A DNA stretch of 37,559 nucleotides from an uncultured Phycisphaerales bacterium (GTDB taxonomy: Bacteria > Planctomycetota > Phycisphaerae > Phycisphaerales > SM1A02), in assembly GCA_938084645.1 (NCBI GenBank), contig CALKEP010000003.1, positions 1 to 37,559 on the forward strand, written 5' to 3'. The notes beneath the pieces are model-generated. The model saw only the letters and a list, made by a program, of their open reading frames with translations. It was not told the DNA's origin and searched no databases. This document shows positions 1 through 10,068 of this stretch, piece by piece. A program made the position numbers and the translations under genes. Within the stretch, counting starts at the first letter, position 1. Every line of letters begins with the position of its first letter.

Positions 1-864
1 GATGAACTCGTGGGTGCGGCGACGGTGATGCGGGAGAAGGTGGATCGACTGGAGACCGGTCTCGAACCGGATCGTCTTCTCGACACCGCCGGAACCGGAG
101 GGGCGCCGAAGACGTTCAACGTCTCCACGGCGGCCGCGATCGTGGCCGCCGGCGCCGGCGTCAAGGTCGCGAAGCATGGAAACCGATCTCGGACCGGCCG
201 AGGGTCGGCGGAGGTTCTGGAACGCCTGGGCGTCGACGTCGACGCGGGTCGCGAAGCCCAGCTTCGCTGCCTGGAAGCCGCGGGTGTGGCCTTCTGTTTC
301 GCGATCCACCACCATCCGGCGGCGAAGCACGCGATGCCGGTGCGGAAGGCGTTGGGATTCCCGACCATCTTCAACCTCCTCGGCCCGCTGACCAGTCCGG
401 CAGGTGCCGGCCGCCAGATCATGGGGGTGTACGACGATCGCTTCGTCCGCCTGATCGCCGAGACGCATGCACGGCTCGGGACGGTGCGGGCACTCGTGTT
501 CCATTCGGGCGACGGACTCGACGAATGCTCGATCGGTGCCCCGACCCATGTCGCGGACGTTCGGAACGGCGAGGTCACGGAATACGAGATCGATCCGGCC
601 ACGCTCGGTCTTCGACACGCCACCGTCGAAGCCCTGCAGGTCCGAGATCTCGATCACGCCGCGGCCCTCGTTCGCGACCTGCTCGAGAACAGGGAACAGG
701 GTCCCGCGCTCGACATGACGCTTCTCAACGCCGCGGCCGCGATCGTCGCCTCGGGCATCGAAGCGTCGTTCGCGGACGGAATCGACCGCGCCCGCGAGAC
801 GATCGAATCGGGCGCCGCCGCGGCGACCCTCGGCGCCTTGATCGAGGCGTCTCGGGGTCGCTGA
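1..864 (+). CDS. trpD: Anthranilate phosphoribosyltransferase (5'-partial; frame is open from position 1)
   Basis: PRPP-binding motifs DTAGTGG, TFNVST, KHGNRS; FNLLGPL; GLDE; LLNAAAA. Confidence 0.96.
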   Translation, partial: DELVGAATVMREKVDRLETGLEPDRLLDTAGTGGAPKTFNVSTAAAIVAAGAGVKVAKHGNRSRTGRGSAEVLERLGVDVDAGREAQLRCLEAAGVAFCFAIHHHPAAKHAMPVRKALGFPTIFNLLGPLTSPAGAGRQIMGVYDDRFVRLIAETHARLGTVRALVFHSGDGLDECSIGAPTHVADVRNGEVTEYEIDPATLGLRHATVEALQVRDLDHAAALVRDLLENREQGPALDMTLLNAAAAIVASGIEASFADGIDRARETIESGAAAATLGALIEASRGR

Positions 865-950
865 GCCTCTTCCCGGGGTTCTTCTGACGATCTCGACGCT
901 CTTTCGCCGGATTGGCGGCGGTTCCGGGAGTCGCGACTACCCTCATCCCC

Positions 951-3482
951 GTGATGCAGCGAGCTGGCCGAAGAGGGGGATGGTTCGGCGTCGTGTTCGG
1001 CGTGGGTGCCTTTGCAGGCACGGCGATGGGTCGGTGCATCTTCAGCCTCGATCTGGAACACGGCGAGGAGATCACGATCGCCACCGCCGTGGTGATCGCC
1101 TGCGTCGGATTCGCGCAGGTGATTCGATCGGGGACGGCGAGCCACCGAACGAGATTCATGATGCTGGTGTCCATCGCCTCGGTCTACGCAGCGCTGGCGA
1201 TGCTCGATGCGCACACCGATCGGTGGCCGGAGGCTCGCGGACAAGCGCGATCGCCGGTTGCGCTCGAAGGGAGGTTTCTCGATGTGGCGCGGGCGGAACA
1301 CACCCACCTCGGGCGACGTGATTCCATTCCAGACACCTCGCACATCGTCATGCTGAAGGTCGATTCGAAAACGCTCGGCGACGGATCGATCATGCCGCTG
1401 CCCGTGGGAACCGAGATTGAGGTTCGAATCGCGTCCGGTTCGATGCCCGATCTTCCAGGTGTGAAAGTCGCCCTGGTTGGAACGTTGAGGCCAGCCGGGC
1501 GATCCCCCAACCCCGGAGCGCCTCGAGGCATTCGTGCATCGAGCGGGGTCTCGATACTGGTGCCGGACGCTCGGCTCATTCGCCCCGTGGTGGACGCGAA
1601 TCGTGGAATCGACGTGAATTGGATGGTGGCGATCCGATCCGAGATCCGCGACCGGTTCCGCCGCGGGATCGATGCCATGGTGTCGTGCTCCGAGGGTGGT
1701 TCTGCTGAGGAATCACTGCTGTGGTGTCTCCTGACGGGCGACCGTGATCGACTTGATGATCGGACCCGGACCGCGTTCCAGCGCTCGGGCGTTTCGCATC
1801 TGCTCGCGATCAGCGGTCTGCATCTCGCCGTCGTCGCGTCGATTCCATGGTTCATTCTCGGGTGGATCGGCGTGGGGCGATTGATCCGATGCGCGGTCAC
1901 TGCGACGTTCGTGGTCGGTGGCGTGATGCTCGTCGATTCGAGCCCGAGCGTCGTTCGCGCCGCATCGATGATCGTTCCGGCCCTGACCGCCACCGCGATC
2001 GGGGCGGCGTTCGGCGTGATTCCGCTTCTTGGGATCGTGGCGGGGTGCATGCTCTGGAGTGACCCCGGTTGGATCGATTACGTGGGTTTCCAATTGAGCT
2101 TCGTCGCGACTTCCGCACTGGCGTTTTCGTGTGGCGGGGCTCGAGCGTCGTGGTTCGGGAATCGCGATTCGATCGGACGAAGCCGGCGGGGCATGATCCA
2201 CGATCGCTGGGCCACGATGGCGACGGCATCGACCGTGGCTTGTCTCGCGACGCTTCCGATCGTGGAGGCCCGGTTCGGCGTGGTCCCCCTCTACCTGATA
2301 CCCGCGAACATCATCATCGCGCCGCTGATGTTGATCCTTCTCATGCTGATCGTTCCAGCATCGATCATCGCGATGGTGGATCCCATGTTCGGTCACGCCA
2401 TCGCAAGACCGGTCAATGGTATTGAACGAATGCTGCGCGAGATCGTCATCGACGTGGCCGACGTCTCTCCGGTCATCCTGACGTTGGATCCCGGTGGCAT
2501 CTGGACGCTTCTGGCGACGATGCTCGGCGTCACCATTCCCGGGCTTTCGATGCATCGCGGCATTCGGCGAATCGCCGAGTCGACCTTTCTCGTGATGGTC
2601 TTGATTCCGATGCTTCCATCAGCCGGCACGTCGACCGACGATCGACTTCGAGTCGACATGCTCGCCGTCGGCGACGGCACCGCGATCCTGGTTCGAACGC
2701 CACGATCCACGGTCCTCTTCGATGCGGGAAGTTCGAGCATCCCGGGATTCGGTGCCCAAACGATGTTCCGCGGGCTTCGTTCGCTCGGGGTCCGTCATCT
2801 CGACGGAATCGTGGTCTCACATGCGAACATCGATCACCACGGCGCGATTCCGGATCTGGTTCGACTGGTTCCAACGGATTCGATCGTGGTGACGCCCGCG
2901 TTTCTGCGGCGAATCCGCGGAGCCCCCGATACCACTGAACATTCGCGTCTTCTTGAAGCGATCGCTCGGACGAAGCTTCTTCGGATCGTGAGCAGGATGG
3001 ATCGGCTGGCATTCCCCGATGGCGATTGGCTGGTCTTGCACCCCGACGTCACGGACCGCTTTCGTCGCATCAACGACGAGTCGATATCGCTTCAGATCCA
3101 CGGACCTTCCGTGACTTCGAGAGGGGAGCATCGGATCGCGGATCTGCTTCTTCTGGGTGACCTGGAGACCGCGGGCGCGATTCGGCTGATGCGCCGGACG
3201 CCGAAGCTTCGAGCGAGGGTCATGGAGATTCCCCACCATGGCAGTTGGCGCCCGGTGGTCGTCGAACTGATCGAATCGGTGGATCCGACGATCATGCTTC
3301 AATCGACCGGCCCGCGCCGGTTCGAAACGGATCGATTCGATCGCGCGGCACGATGTCGGGTACGACTCGTGACCTGTCGTGATGGCGCTGGCGCCGTCAC
3401 GGTCTCACGAGACGGGTCGATGACGGTCGCGACGACGGGAAGTGGCATTCGCGCCCGGATTCGATCATCGTCGGTCCGGTGA
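951..3482 (+). CDS. comEC: ComEC/Rec2 family DNA-uptake competence protein with C-terminal MBL-fold domain
   Basis: Competence-domain motifs SGVSHLLAISGLH, PSVVRA, GFQLSF; many TM segments; MBL part VGDGTA, LFDAG, SHANIDH, GDLE, PHHGS. Start uncertain (TTG 912, GTG 951, ATG 954). Confidence 0.92.
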   Translation: MMQRAGRRGGWFGVVFGVGAFAGTAMGRCIFSLDLEHGEEITIATAVVIACVGFAQVIRSGTASHRTRFMMLVSIASVYAALAMLDAHTDRWPEARGQARSPVALEGRFLDVARAEHTHLGRRDSIPDTSHIVMLKVDSKTLGDGSIMPLPVGTEIEVRIASGSMPDLPGVKVALVGTLRPAGRSPNPGAPRGIRASSGVSILVPDARLIRPVVDANRGIDVNWMVAIRSEIRDRFRRGIDAMVSCSEGGSAEESLLWCLLTGDRDRLDDRTRTAFQRSGVSHLLAISGLHLAVVASIPWFILGWIGVGRLIRCAVTATFVVGGVMLVDSSPSVVRAASMIVPALTATAIGAAFGVIPLLGIVAGCMLWSDPGWIDYVGFQLSFVATSALAFSCGGARASWFGNRDSIGRSRRGMIHDRWATMATASTVACLATLPIVEARFGVVPLYLIPANIIIAPLMLILLMLIVPASIIAMVDPMFGHAIARPVNGIERMLREIVIDVADVSPVILTLDPGGIWTLLATMLGVTIPGLSMHRGIRRIAESTFLVMVLIPMLPSAGTSTDDRLRVDMLAVGDGTAILVRTPRSTVLFDAGSSSIPGFGAQTMFRGLRSLGVRHLDGIVVSHANIDHHGAIPDLVRLVPTDSIVVTPAFLRRIRGAPDTTEHSRLLEAIARTKLLRIVSRMDRLAFPDGDWLVLHPDVTDRFRRINDESISLQIHGPSVTSRGEHRIADLLLLGDLETAGAIRLMRRTPKLRARVMEIPHHGSWRPVVVELIESVDPTIMLQSTGPRRFETDRFDRAARCRVRLVTCRDGAGAVTVSRDGSMTVATTGSGIRARIRSSSVR

Positions 3483-3485
3483 CGA

Positions 3486-3824
3486 TCAGAAGAAACGAAG
3501 CCCGGCCTCGAATCCCGAATGATGGTCATCGCCACCGGGGCGGGCCCAGACGACCATGACGGGTCGGTCGAGGTGTCGCCCTTCCGGAAGAATGGTCTTC
3601 AGGGTTCCGGTCATTCCCTCGAGGAGCGGGGTCGAGGATCGAACCCGGATTCCAGTGTCGCTCAGGTCGACGGATCGGTACCGAACGGGTTGGTCCGGAT
3701 TGAAGTGCCACGCGAGCACGACCTCCACGGAGATCGACTCCCGGTCCGCTTCGCGACGATCGGCGTCACTCGACTGGTCGGTCGGCTCCACCAGGTTCTT
3801 TCTCATGATCGAGTCATCCAGCAT
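3486..3824 (-). CDS. Stand-alone PilZ domain protein (putative c-di-GMP receptor)
   Basis: RxxxR (DRREADR) and DxSxxG (DLSDTG) motifs, VVWAR, C-terminal GLRF; start at ATG 3824 or 3806. Confidence 0.85.
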   Translation of the reverse strand: MLDDSIMRKNLVEPTDQSSDADRREADRESISVEVVLAWHFNPDQPVRYRSVDLSDTGIRVRSSTPLLEGMTGTLKTILPEGRHLDRPVMVVWARPGGDDHHSGFEAGLRFF

Positions 3825-4058
3825 GGTCTGTGGGCATCGGCTGAATCCAGCTTCGAATGCGTCCGGATCGGGCGTAAATCCAGTTGAGCATTCGACTTGG
3901 ATTGGCGGCGACATCTGTGCGGGTGAATCCCCTGATGCCGACTGGGTTCTCCACAGCCGGTGCACCAGATGGGGAAAACCACAAGGGTTCGATAACCAAG
4001 GTCGAAGGTTCGTTCCACGCATGTCGAGCGGGGTTCGTGCCGATGAAAGGGTGTCACC

Positions 4059-5312
4059 ATGCCGAACTCTCCACAAGAAAACCTCACGCCCCCCTCAGGC
4101 ACGGACCCGGAAGTCACCCTCGCCCCTGATGGCTCCGCGGTCGACGGCCTGGTCGAGGACGTCCTTCGGGATGCCCGCTCGTTGCTTGGCGAGTCGGCTG
4201 CGGGCGAATCCAATGAGGAAATGGACCCTGATTCAGCGGGGGATCGGCCCGAGATGGATGCCGAGGAGCTCCTGAGCGATCTGGAACGCCTCTCCGACGA
4301 CCTGGTGGCGGAAGTCGAAGGAAGCGCGACCGACCCGGCGTCTGGTACCGGACTGCAGGAGGGCGGAATCAAGCGTGGCCCGGCCGCACGTGATCTCGGC
4401 ACTGAGGGCCCTCAGGTCGATCTCTTCGGAATGGCAAGCCGGTCGGAAGCACCATCGTCTGCGTCGAGGCCGCCGATGGCCAGCGACCAGCACGGAAGCG
4501 ACGCCGCAGTGCCGATGAGCTCCGATTCGGCCGACACGAACGACGAGGCCTCGAGTCCTGCCGCCGCACTCGAGGCATTGATGGCAAGCCGGATCGCCGA
4601 GGAGTTCGAAGCCGACGAACCGTCGACTTCGACGCTGGACATGTCATCGTGTGCGACGGTGACCAGCGAGATCACGCAGGCGGAAGCTGCGGAGCGCGCC
4701 GCTGTGGCATCCCTCGACGCCATGGGGGGAAGCACCCCGTTGCGGTCGACGGCTGGCGAGGTCGAAGCCGTCTCTTCCGGGGATCTCCACGTCCGGGTGG
4801 ATGTCGACACCACGCCGACCGACTCGATCGCACCGGCTCTGCCCGGACCGGTGACTCCCGAAGCCGCACCATCCGACATGATGAACGATTCAGATCCGGG
4901 CTTGGAGTCTCGTTGCTTGACGGAGTCGACGAATACGTCCACGGAAGCGACCACCGAAGCGGATTCGATCGATCCGCCGTTCGAAGCGGATTCGACGATG
5001 CCCGTCGACGCCGTTCCAGCGTTGTCTGCCGTGGCGCGCCCATCCATCATCGCGCGAATCATGGCGATGCCTTTCAGGCTGCTTCCGTCGTCGGTGCACG
5101 GCCTGGTCAGTGTGATGGCGATCTCACTCGTCTTCTGGATTCCAGTGGCGTGGACCTACGCGATCCTGGGACCGGAGGCATTCGAGCGACTGCTGCCTTC
5201 CGCCACCATGAAGGCGGATCCGAACGAGTCGATCGCACCGGCTTCTCCAGCCGAATCGCCTGAAGTCGATTCCGCCGGATCCGATCCGCCGGATCCTTCA
5301 CCGACTCCCTGA
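4059..5312 (+). CDS. Hypothetical acidic, low-complexity protein with a near-C-terminal membrane anchor
   Basis: 417-aa ORF, SD-like GAAAGGGT before ATG, D/E/S/P/A-rich, hydrophobic stretch GLVSVMAISLVFWIPVAWTYAIL. Confidence 0.75.
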   Translation: MPNSPQENLTPPSGTDPEVTLAPDGSAVDGLVEDVLRDARSLLGESAAGESNEEMDPDSAGDRPEMDAEELLSDLERLSDDLVAEVEGSATDPASGTGLQEGGIKRGPAARDLGTEGPQVDLFGMASRSEAPSSASRPPMASDQHGSDAAVPMSSDSADTNDEASSPAAALEALMASRIAEEFEADEPSTSTLDMSSCATVTSEITQAEAAERAAVASLDAMGGSTPLRSTAGEVEAVSSGDLHVRVDVDTTPTDSIAPALPGPVTPEAAPSDMMNDSDPGLESRCLTESTNTSTEATTEADSIDPPFEADSTMPVDAVPALSAVARPSIIARIMAMPFRLLPSSVHGLVSVMAISLVFWIPVAWTYAILGPEAFERLLPSATMKADPNESIAPASPAESPEVDSAGSDPPDPSPTP

Positions 5313-5328
5313 ACCGGGGACCAATCGA

Positions 5329-5697
5329 TCAGATCCAGGCGCCGGTCGTGGTTCGGTCGTTCGGCTCGGCATCGCCGGTGTTCACCAGCCCGGCTGGTTC
5401 GACGAGCATCACGGAACACTCCTCGTCCGCGACCGGTCGATGTTCGACACCTCTTGGAACCACGATCATCTGACCGGGACCGAGCGTCTCCGATCGGTCC
5501 CGGAACTCCATGGTGAAGGATCCGCGAAGCACGAGAAACATCTCGTCTTCACCGGCATGGGCATGCCAGTCGAACGCCCCCTTGAACTTGGCGAGCTTCA
5601 CCTGCTGGCCGTTCAATTCGGCGACGATTCGAGGCGACCAGTGGTCGTCGAAGAGTGCGAGCTTCGAGTCGATGTCGATCATGTCGGTGGGCATCAT
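5329..5697 (-). CDS. Cupin domain protein (mannose-6-phosphate isomerase-like cupin family)
   Basis: DHWSPRIVAELNGQQVKLAK, WHAH...EDEMF, VPRGVEHRP, NTG. Confidence 0.9.
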   Translation of the reverse strand: MMPTDMIDIDSKLALFDDHWSPRIVAELNGQQVKLAKFKGAFDWHAHAGEDEMFLVLRGSFTMEFRDRSETLGPGQMIVVPRGVEHRPVADEECSVMLVEPAGLVNTGDAEPNDRTTTGAWI

Positions 5698-5707
5698 GAA
5701 CCCCGAT

Positions 5708-5857
5708 TCACTTCCGACCGTTGCCGCCGATCAGTCGAACCAGGATCAGCACGATGGCCACGATCAGCAGGATGTGGATGAACTGGCCCATGGCCGCGCC
5801 GGAAACGAGGCCCAGAAGCCAGAGGATGATGAGCACGATGGCGATGGTGTAGAGCAT
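5708..5857 (-). CDS. lmo0937-family (DUF5670-like) small membrane protein, 49 aa
   Basis: MLYTIAIVLIILWLLGL...FIHILLIVAIVLILVRLI; AGGA SD upstream of ATG 5857. Confidence 0.88.
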   Translation of the reverse strand: MLYTIAIVLIILWLLGLVSGAAMGQFIHILLIVAIVLILVRLIGGNGRK

Positions 5858-5913
5858 GTCGGTTTCCTGGGGCCGTCGATCTGGGAATGTGGAATGAGTC
5901 GGGGCCGACGATT

Positions 5914-6804
5914 TCAGCTTCCCGAGGGATGCCAGATCGTCTTCATTTCGGTGAAGGGTTCGATGGTCCACGGGCTGTGCCGTGCATCGTCGTCGTGGTA
6001 GTCGATGTCGTCGGCGTCTTCCAGCCGTACCCGCTTCATGTTGTCGGCGGAACCGAGTTCGAGCAGTCTGCGCTCGTCCCGATGCTCGGTGGCGCCGGCG
6101 ATCGCGTCGATGTCCCGGTGATCCGCGAACTCGGGAAGCAGTTCCCGTCGATAGCCGGTGAGCACGTTGACCACGCCGCCCGGGACGTCACTGGTGGCGC
6201 AGATCTCCGCGAGGACCATCGCGGGCAGCGGGTTCGTCTCGCTGGCGAGGGCGATGGCGACGTTTCCACCGGCGAGGACCGGTGCGAGATGCGAGACCAG
6301 ACCGAGAAAGGAGGGTTCGTTCGGGGCGATCACGCCGCACACGCCGGTGGGTTCGGGCATGGTGAAGTCGTGATACGGGCCGTTGACCGGATTTCGGGAA
6401 CCGATCACCTGGGGAAACTTGTCACACCATCCGGCGAAGGCGACCAGGCGATCGATTCCGCGGGCGACCTCCTTACGGGCCGTGGCGGCGCTCGGAGCTC
6501 GGTCGGTTCCCGCCTCCGGGACGCAACGAATCGCGTCGACGAGTTCCGCGGTCCGACCCTCCGCCATCTCGGCGATCCGGTAGAGGATCTGGCTCCGGTT
6601 GTAGGCATCACGGGCCCACCATCCGGGAAGGGCCTTTCTCGCCACTTCTACGGTGTTGCGCAGATCCTTCCGACTGCCCTGACAGCAATGGGCGATCACG
6701 CGATCGTTCGCGCCCCAGAGGATCATGGTGCGTCCGCTCTCGGTGCGCGGGAAGGCGCCGCCGATGAACAGTTTCCAGGTCTTGAGGATGGGTTCTCGAG
6801 CCAT
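5914..6804 (-). CDS. Truncated aldehyde dehydrogenase family protein (Rossmann-like domain only)
   Basis: KTWKLFIGGAFPRTESGR, NRSQILYRIAEM, EPTGVCGVIAP, TSDVPGGVVNVLTG, EMKTIWHP; no ELGGK or catalytic-Cys domain; real start ATG 6804. Confidence 0.88.
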   Translation of the reverse strand: MAREPILKTWKLFIGGAFPRTESGRTMILWGANDRVIAHCCQGSRKDLRNTVEVARKALPGWWARDAYNRSQILYRIAEMAEGRTAELVDAIRCVPEAGTDRAPSAATARKEVARGIDRLVAFAGWCDKFPQVIGSRNPVNGPYHDFTMPEPTGVCGVIAPNEPSFLGLVSHLAPVLAGGNVAIALASETNPLPAMVLAEICATSDVPGGVVNVLTGYRRELLPEFADHRDIDAIAGATEHRDERRLLELGSADNMKRVRLEDADDIDYHDDDARHSPWTIEPFTEMKTIWHPSGS

Positions 6805-6821
6805 GATCGAATCCGCCTCGT

Positions 6822-8267
6822 TCAGAGTGACAGGTATCCACGCAGGCCGTGCAGCCCGCCCTCGCGACCGAAGCCGCTTTCCTTGACGCCACCGAAGGGG
6901 CTCGTCGCATCGAATCGGTTGTAGGTGTTGAGCCAGACCACCCCGGCCTGCAGGCGGCTCGCGATCTCGAAGATCTTGCTGCCCTTGTCGGTCCACACCC
7001 CCGCGGCGAGTCCGAATCGGGTGTCATTCGCGCGACTGATCGCCTCCTCCGGAGTCCGGAAGCTCATCACCGCGAGCACCGGCCCGAAGATCTCCTCACG
7101 GGCCACGACATGGCTGGGTTGAACGTCGGAGAGGAAGCAGGGACGACACCAGTTCCCCTTCTCGGGGAGGGTGGCGTCGTTCGGTTCATGCATGGTCGCA
7201 CCCTCGGCGCAACCCTGTTCGAGATAGCCGCGAATCGTCGCGAGCTGGGACGCGGAGTTGATGGCCCCGACGTCGGTGTTCTTGTCGAGTGGATCGCCGA
7301 CCCGGAGCGTCGCCAGTCGCCGTTCGAGCTTGGTGATCACCTCCGGGAGAATCGACTCCTGCACGAACAGTCGGCTCCCGGCGCAGCAGACGTGTCCCTG
7401 GTTGAACCAGATGCCCTGCACGATGCCCTCGATCGCCTGGTCGATCGAGGCGTCCGCGAACACGATGTTGGGGCTCTTTCCACCGAGTTCGAGGGTGAGG
7501 CGCTTTCCCGTGCCCGCGGACGCTGCGGCGATCCGCTTGCCGACCTCGGTCGACCCGGTGAAGGCGATCTTGTCGACGTCGGGATGCTCCACCAGGAGCC
7601 GCCCGGTCTCGCCGGCACCGGTCACGATGTTGACGACGCCCTTCGGCAGTTCGCATTCTTCGCAGATCTCCGCGAACCGAAGCGCCGTCAGCGGGGTGGT
7701 CTCCGCCGGCTTCAGGACCACGGTGTTGCCGCAGGCGAGCGCCGGCGCGATCTTCCAGGCCAGCATGAGCAGCGGGAAGTTCCACGGAATGACCTGGGCA
7801 CAGACGCCGATCGGCCTGGGATCGGTCGACCCGGGAAAGGCGTACTTCAGCTTGTCGCACCAACCGGCGTGGTGGAAGAAGTGCTGCGCCACGAGCGGAA
7901 GGTCGACGTCCCGACTCTCCCGGATCGGTTTTCCGCCATCCATCGTCTCCAGGACGGCGAGTTCGCGGGATCGCTCCTGGATCCGACGGGCGATCCGGTA
8001 GAGGTGTTTTGCACGTTCCTGAGGGCGGGTTCGCGACCATTTTCGAAACGCGGTTCGCGCCGCGGCGACGGCCGCATCCACATCGGCCGCATTCGCCTCG
8101 TCGCACTCCGAAAGCACGACCTCCGTGGCCGGGTTCACCGTTTGGAAGGTCCGGCGCCCGCGGCTCGCGATGAATCGGCCGTCGATGAACAATCGGTGCC
8201 GCTCCGAGATCTCGGGATCGACCCGTTCGGGTGCGGGGGCGTAGGTCCAGTCGGTGTTCGCGGTCAT
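6822..8267 (-). CDS. NAD(P)-dependent aldehyde dehydrogenase
   Basis: IPWNFP, KPAE, FTGST, LELGGK (catalytic Glu), NQGHVCCAGS (catalytic Cys), EEIFGP, FGGVKESG. Confidence 0.96.
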   Translation of the reverse strand: MTANTDWTYAPAPERVDPEISERHRLFIDGRFIASRGRRTFQTVNPATEVVLSECDEANAADVDAAVAAARTAFRKWSRTRPQERAKHLYRIARRIQERSRELAVLETMDGGKPIRESRDVDLPLVAQHFFHHAGWCDKLKYAFPGSTDPRPIGVCAQVIPWNFPLLMLAWKIAPALACGNTVVLKPAETTPLTALRFAEICEECELPKGVVNIVTGAGETGRLLVEHPDVDKIAFTGSTEVGKRIAAASAGTGKRLTLELGGKSPNIVFADASIDQAIEGIVQGIWFNQGHVCCAGSRLFVQESILPEVITKLERRLATLRVGDPLDKNTDVGAINSASQLATIRGYLEQGCAEGATMHEPNDATLPEKGNWCRPCFLSDVQPSHVVAREEIFGPVLAVMSFRTPEEAISRANDTRFGLAAGVWTDKGSKIFEIASRLQAGVVWLNTYNRFDATSPFGGVKESGFGREGGLHGLRGYLSL

Positions 8268-8420
8268 CCGGGCTCTCCGAGGGTCGCCGAGGGGCGGTTC
8301 CGCGTCGATGGTAACCGTCGACCGCCTCTCGTACCGGTCCGTCGGACCCGCTACCTTGGTCGTCGCTCCGGACGCTGCCCTGGAAGGCGTCCGGATTCCC
8401 GACGATCACGGAAAGACGAC

Positions 8421-9149
8421 ATGCGAATCCTCTCGGTCGACATCGGTGGCAGCCACATCAAGACCCTGCTTTCAGGCGAGACGCCGGACGCCAAGAGACG
8501 ATCCCCGAGCGGAGGTGACTTCACACCGGCTCAGATGGTCGAGGCGATCCATGCGATGCGGACGCCGGACGAATTCGACGTCATGACCATCGGGTTTCCT
8601 TCGCCGATCAAGGCGGGACGAATCCTGAAGTCACCGGTCAATCTGGGGCCGGGTTGGAATGATTTCGACTTCGCGGACGCGTTCAAGGGAACGCCGATCC
8701 GACTGATGAACGACGCGGCGATGCAGGCGGTGGGGAGCTACGAGAAGGGGAAGATGCTCTTCCTCGGGCTCGGGACGGGACTCGGCACCTGCATGATCGC
8801 CCATCACGTGGTCATGCCGATGGAACTCGGCCATCTCCCCTTCAAGAACGGGCGGTCCTTCGAACAGCACGTCGGGGAGGCCAGTCGGGAGGATCTCGGA
8901 ACGAAGGCCTGGCGGAAGGAAGTCTGGGAGACGGTGAAGATTCTCAAGGAAGGTCTGCTGCCGGACGTGATCTGTCTCGGTGGCGGGAACGCGAAGCGAA
9001 TCGCCAAGCATCCCGACGAGATCCCGGCCTTCGTCACGCTGGGTGAGAACACCAACGCGTTTCTGGGCGGTTTTCGAGTCTGGCAGGACGAGCGATTCGA
9101 GACCACGGTCCCGGTGCTCGGCTCCGATGCGAATTCCGCCGGGACCTGA
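8421..9149 (+). CDS. ROK family sugar kinase (polyphosphate glucokinase-like)
   Basis: VDIGGSHIK, IGFPSP, NDAAMQA, GLGTGLG, MELGHL, LGGGNAK; the upstream part of the listed ORF is antisense to the ALDH. Confidence 0.88.
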   Translation: MRILSVDIGGSHIKTLLSGETPDAKRRSPSGGDFTPAQMVEAIHAMRTPDEFDVMTIGFPSPIKAGRILKSPVNLGPGWNDFDFADAFKGTPIRLMNDAAMQAVGSYEKGKMLFLGLGTGLGTCMIAHHVVMPMELGHLPFKNGRSFEQHVGEASREDLGTKAWRKEVWETVKILKEGLLPDVICLGGGNAKRIAKHPDEIPAFVTLGENTNAFLGGFRVWQDERFETTVPVLGSDANSAGT

Positions 9150-9222
9150 AACGGAGAACGCACGACCTCGGGAGGCGTGCGCATCGTGGTGAATCTCTGG
9201 AATCGAGGCGATCCGAGTCCGT

Positions 9223-10068
9223 TCAGCCGGCTCGCTTCTGTTGCATGTCCTTGATCACCGCATCGAGCTTTCGCACCACGGCGTGCATGTCCTTCCAACG
9301 GGCGTACTGGTTTGGCTCGACGCAGGTATTGATCAGCTCGCCGAGTTCGACGGGCACGTTCGTCGCGATGGTGTGCGCCGCCGGAGGCAGCGCAGCCGCC
9401 TGGCCGCCACGTCCGCCCGCGGACTGGGTGGGGACCTCTCGCTGCGTGAGCATCCAGTACATCGTCGCGCCGAAGTTGTAGACGTCGGTCCGCTCGGTGA
9501 GCGGCTCCAGCTCGGCCTGCTCCGGTGCGATGTATCCGGGCGTGCCCTGGATTCGCTCCTTCGCCTTGCCGATCGGATGGGCCTGTCCGAGATCGATCAC
9601 CTTCACGTCGCCGTCCTCGGTGACGAGGACGTTGGTCGGTTTCATGTCCGCGTGGACGAATCCCTTGTCGTTCATGTGGGCGAGGGCGTCGGCGACTTCC
9701 CGGAAGACGCGGATCTTCGCGAGCGTGCCGAGGTCGGTGAGCTTGTCCATCGACTGTCCGTCGACCAGCTCCATCAGGACCGCGACTTCGGTCCTCGTCC
9801 AGCCCTTCGGCCGGACCTTCTCGACGCTCAGGATCCGACGGATCGAAGGGTGAGTGAGCTTCTTCGAGACCTTGACCTCGTTCTCGGCCTGGACGAGGAA
9901 CCGATCGTCCTTGTCGGTCTCGTCGAGGAGGACGTGCTTCAGCGCGAACACCTGTCCGGTATCGGGCTTGCAGACGCAGTAGATCTCACTGGCCGCACCG
10001 CTTCCGATGTGCTTGAGGACTCGGTAACCCTGGATGTAGTCAGGTTCTTTCACGGCGGCGCTGGGCAT
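9223..10068 (-). CDS. Stand-alone Hanks-type Ser/Thr protein kinase (non-RD)
   Basis: IGSGAASEIY, ALK, HADMKPTN, IDLG, GTPGYIAPEQ, DVYNFG; no TM segment; start ATG 10068 or GTG 10119. Confidence 0.92.
   Translation of the reverse strand: MPSAAVKEPDYIQGYRVLKHIGSGAASEIYCVCKPDTGQVFALKHVLLDETDKDDRFLVQAENEVKVSKKLTHPSIRRILSVEKVRPKGWTRTEVAVLMELVDGQSMDKLTDLGTLAKIRVFREVADALAHMNDKGFVHADMKPTNVLVTEDGDVKVIDLGQAHPIGKAKERIQGTPGYIAPEQAELEPLTERTDVYNFGATMYWMLTQREVPTQSAGGRGGQAAALPPAAHTIATNVPVELGELINTCVEPNQYARWKDMHAVVRKLDAVIKDMQQKRAG

Noticed and set aside
2815..2845. ComEC MBL motif SHANIDH deviating from HxHxDH as a sign of pseudogenisation
   Set aside because: ComEC MBL domains commonly lack the second His, and the frame is intact
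3825..4058. Replication origin
   Set aside because: Only two or three degenerate boxes, no clear AT-rich unwinding element, no dnaA/dnaN/parAB nearby
6849..8420. Apparent 766-aa protein ending in a ROK domain
   Set aside because: The first ~520 codons are antisense to the ALDH; the ROK gene starts at ATG 8421. Similar false N-terminal extensions affect the kinase (15079), E2 (22587), GDPD (25993) and LPMO (14007) ORFs
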